Source: a bacterium
GTDB lineage: Bacteria; UBA8248; JACPRG01; G963555815
Direction of reading: 5' to 3'
Assembly (NCBI GenBank): GCA_965218795.1
Contig: OZ244653.1
Span: 1,952,001-2,016,000, forward strand
DNA: 64,000 bases
The notes beneath the pieces are model-generated. The model saw only the letters and a list, made by a program, of their open reading frames with translations. It was not told the DNA's origin and ran no database searches. Made by a program: the position numbers and the translations under genes. Below are positions 61,549 through 64,000 of the stretch, piece after piece (positions within the stretch are counted from its first letter, which is position 1; the number at the start of each line of letters is the position of its first letter).

Positions 61549-63867
61549 TTAGGGGTCGTCACGCGCCTTCAGCGCCTCTAACAGCTTCTCAGCCGTGATG
61601 GGCAGAGAGGTGATCCGAACGCCCGTGGCGTGATAGACCGCGTTGGCAATGGCCGCGGCGGTCGGGTCGATGGGCGTCTCGGAGCCCCCCTTCCCCCCGA
61701 AAGGCCCGTAAGGGTCGTCCGTTTCCACCAGAACGGTCTCGATGGGAGGGGAGCCTTCCGCCTTCGGAAGGGGATAATCGGCGAAGCTTCCGTTCACGAC
61801 CTCTCCCTGGTCATAGATCATTCTCTCGAACAGCGCCAACCCCATTCCCTGTATCACGGCCCCCTCCACCTGACCCTCCGCCGTCAACGGATTCAGCGCG
61901 CGCCCGATGTCGTCCGCTGCAACCAAACGCTGTACCTCAATTCGTCCGGTTTCCAAGTCCACCTCGACCTCGGCTACCTGCGCGGTGAACGTATAGGCTC
62001 CTGCCACGTTCCCGTATCGGGTCGAATCAGCCATGACCGAAGGCGGGTCATACGTTGCTCGCGCCAGGATGGGCTCCCAACCGGAGCGGCAGACGGAACT
62101 CTCCATCACCTCCTGTACGGAAATACCCTTTTCTTCAGTCCCCACGACGGAGACCTGTCCGTCCTGGATTTGAAGATCTTCCGGCGAAGCCTCCAGACGG
62201 GAGGCGGCCAGATTCAGGATTTCTTCTCTGGCCCCCCCTGCGGCCTTCCGAACGGCGTTCCCCGCGATGAAGGTGAGCCGGCTGGCCCGTGCACCGAAGC
62301 CCAGCGGCGTGTGATCGGTGTCCGCGGCCGAAAGCTCCACATCCTCGATACGAAAACCCAACTCTTCAGCCGCAATCATGGCCAGCACGGTATTCGCGCC
62401 CTGCCCGATGTCTCCTTCTCCGATGACCAGACACGCCCGGCCATCCTCCCGAATTCGAACCTCGGCATTGGCCCCGTCCCAATCCACGTGGACCCGGTTT
62501 CCGCTGACGTGAACGGCGCAGGCCATACCCCGCCCGCGCCGGATGGAAGATTGCCCGTCCGGCGATTCGCCGCCCGCCATCCGGCCTCCTCCCTCTGTGC
62601 CCCGCCATTGGCAGGCATCCGCCGCCTTTTGGATGCATTCGGATAAGCCGCAGCTCTTCATCTCCCAGCCGTGAATCGACGTCTCGCCCTGCCTGATGGC
62701 GTTTTTCAGGCGTATCTCGACGGGGGACATGCCCAAGGACTCCGCGACCTGATCAATACAGGCCTCCAGCGAAAAAACCATCTGGGGGTTTCCCATCCCG
62801 CGGAATGCGCCCGTCGGAAGGCGGTTGGTGTAGATCATCTGCGCCTCGGTTCTGAGCGATCCGAACCGGTAGCAGTTATCCATCCGCATACATGTGACGC
62901 TCAGGACCTTCTGGGTCCGCCCGCAATAGGCCCCCGCGTCTCCCTGAATGAACGCTTCTTTCGCGGTGAAGGTTCCGTCGGAGGAAGCCCCCAATCGCAG
63001 CCGGATGCGGTAGGGAACCCGCGGCCGGGAGGCCAGAAACTCCTCGGTCCGCGAGTTGTTCAGAAGAACCGGCCTGCCGGACGCTCGGGCCAGGAGAGCC
63101 GCAATCACGGTATTGGGCTCATCGACCATCTTTCCGCCGAACGCCCCGCCGACGGCCGGCTGGATGATTCGCACCCTAGAGGAAGGCACGCCCAGGGCTT
63201 CGGCCACGCGGTCCCGTGCGGGAAAGATGTTCTGAACGGGCGCGTGAAGGGTGATCTTTCCGGAAGGGTCCACCTCGGCGAGCGTCCCGATAGGCTCCAT
63301 ATAGGCGTGATGCTGCATCGAGGTCTCGAAAACATTCTCATAAACAGCAGCCGCCATTGTAAGCCCCGCCTCCGGGTCCCCTCGGAGGAAACTCATCCGA
63401 CGCGCGATGTTGCCGGGAGACCCTTCGTGCAGGACGGGCGCGCCTTCCGCAAGGGCCTCGTCAATATTCAAGACCGGGGCAAGGATTTCATACTCCACCC
63501 GGATGCGGTCGAGGGCCTCCATGGCCGCATCTTCGTCGTCGGCCGCGACGGCGGAGACCTCCTCTCCCGCGAAACGAACCTGACCGGCCGCCAAGGCGGT
63601 CTGATCCTTGATTTCGTGTCCCCAGCGAATCTGCGGGATGCTCTGCCAAGTGAGGACAGCCCGAACGCCCGGCATCCTTTCGGCCTCCCGGGTATCGATC
63701 CGGGCAATCCTCGCATGGGGATGAGGGCTCCGCAGCACTTTCCCGACGAGCAGGCGCGGCAGGCGGAGGTCGGCAACATAGGCCGCCATCCCCCGAGCCT
63801 TCGCCGGAGATTCCAGCGTCGGCATCGGCTTGCCGATCCAGCGAAAGTCTTCTCTCATTGCTTCCAT
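61549..63867 (-). CDS. Xanthine dehydrogenase family molybdopterin-binding subunit
   Basis: LRSPHPHARI, HAYMEP, VGGAFGGK, GAFRGMGNPQ, IGQG, GQVEG, GGKGGSE. Confidence 0.92.
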   Translation of the reverse strand: MEAMREDFRWIGKPMPTLESPAKARGMAAYVADLRLPRLLVGKVLRSPHPHARIARIDTREAERMPGVRAVLTWQSIPQIRWGHEIKDQTALAAGQVRFAGEEVSAVAADDEDAAMEALDRIRVEYEILAPVLNIDEALAEGAPVLHEGSPGNIARRMSFLRGDPEAGLTMAAAVYENVFETSMQHHAYMEPIGTLAEVDPSGKITLHAPVQNIFPARDRVAEALGVPSSRVRIIQPAVGGAFGGKMVDEPNTVIAALLARASGRPVLLNNSRTEEFLASRPRVPYRIRLRLGASSDGTFTAKEAFIQGDAGAYCGRTQKVLSVTCMRMDNCYRFGSLRTEAQMIYTNRLPTGAFRGMGNPQMVFSLEACIDQVAESLGMSPVEIRLKNAIRQGETSIHGWEMKSCGLSECIQKAADACQWRGTEGGGRMAGGESPDGQSSIRRGRGMACAVHVSGNRVHVDWDGANAEVRIREDGRACLVIGEGDIGQGANTVLAMIAAEELGFRIEDVELSAADTDHTPLGFGARASRLTFIAGNAVRKAAGGAREEILNLAASRLEASPEDLQIQDGQVSVVGTEEKGISVQEVMESSVCRSGWEPILARATYDPPSVMADSTRYGNVAGAYTFTAQVAEVEVDLETGRIEVQRLVAADDIGRALNPLTAEGQVEGAVIQGMGLALFERMIYDQGEVVNGSFADYPLPKAEGSPPIETVLVETDDPYGPFGGKGGSETPIDPTAAAIANAVYHATGVRITSLPITAEKLLEALKARDDP

Positions 63868-63923
63868 CTTCTATTTGGGGATCCGGCGTGGAATCCCATT
63901 AAGCGGTTTCGAGTGCCCAACCG

Positions 63924-64000
63924 CTATGGGATGACAATCAGATCGTCGTTATGCGTCTGATCCGACAGGAGCTCACACCCGGTTTGCGTGACTGTCACCA
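63924..64000 (-). CDS. C-terminus of a probable M24 (Xaa-Pro) peptidase family protein
   Basis: VTVTQTGCELLS...LIVIP*. Confidence 0.55.
   Translation of the reverse strand, partial: VTVTQTGCELLSDQTHNDDLIVIP

Overview
GC-rich bacterial chromosomal window. The left ~21.4 kb is metabolic core/accessory DNA. It holds two UbiD-family decarboxylases, cupins, RidA, a squalene/phytoene synthase, tRNA-Arg(CCT), an atypical M20 hydrolase with DUF1989, a larE-larB-larC-thiS/moaD-cbiG-like cluster without larA, glutamate dehydrogenase, TlpA, a 5-heme cytochrome c and a secreted Met/Lys tandem-repeat protein. The ORF track truncates a DsbA/FrnE-like gene that carries an in-frame TGA in a UxxC motif plus a SECIS-like hairpin, so it is a probable selenoprotein. 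From ~21.5 to ~60.7 kb lies a heavily IS-damaged island (many IS3, two IS5, IS481 remnant, an IS66-type MITE, group II intron remnants, tandem tyrosine integrases). Its cargo is catabolic: a Liv-type ABC operon formerly coupled to a variant-active-site UbiD, a Rieske oxygenase, an RHH-NMT1-diiron-nitrilase-amidohydrolase operon, an ECF sigma/vWA pair, DUF1989 plus an NMT1 binding protein, and tandem DUF5677-like genes. moaB and a xanthine dehydrogenase-family Mo subunit follow. All calls come from motif reading; no database searches were run.
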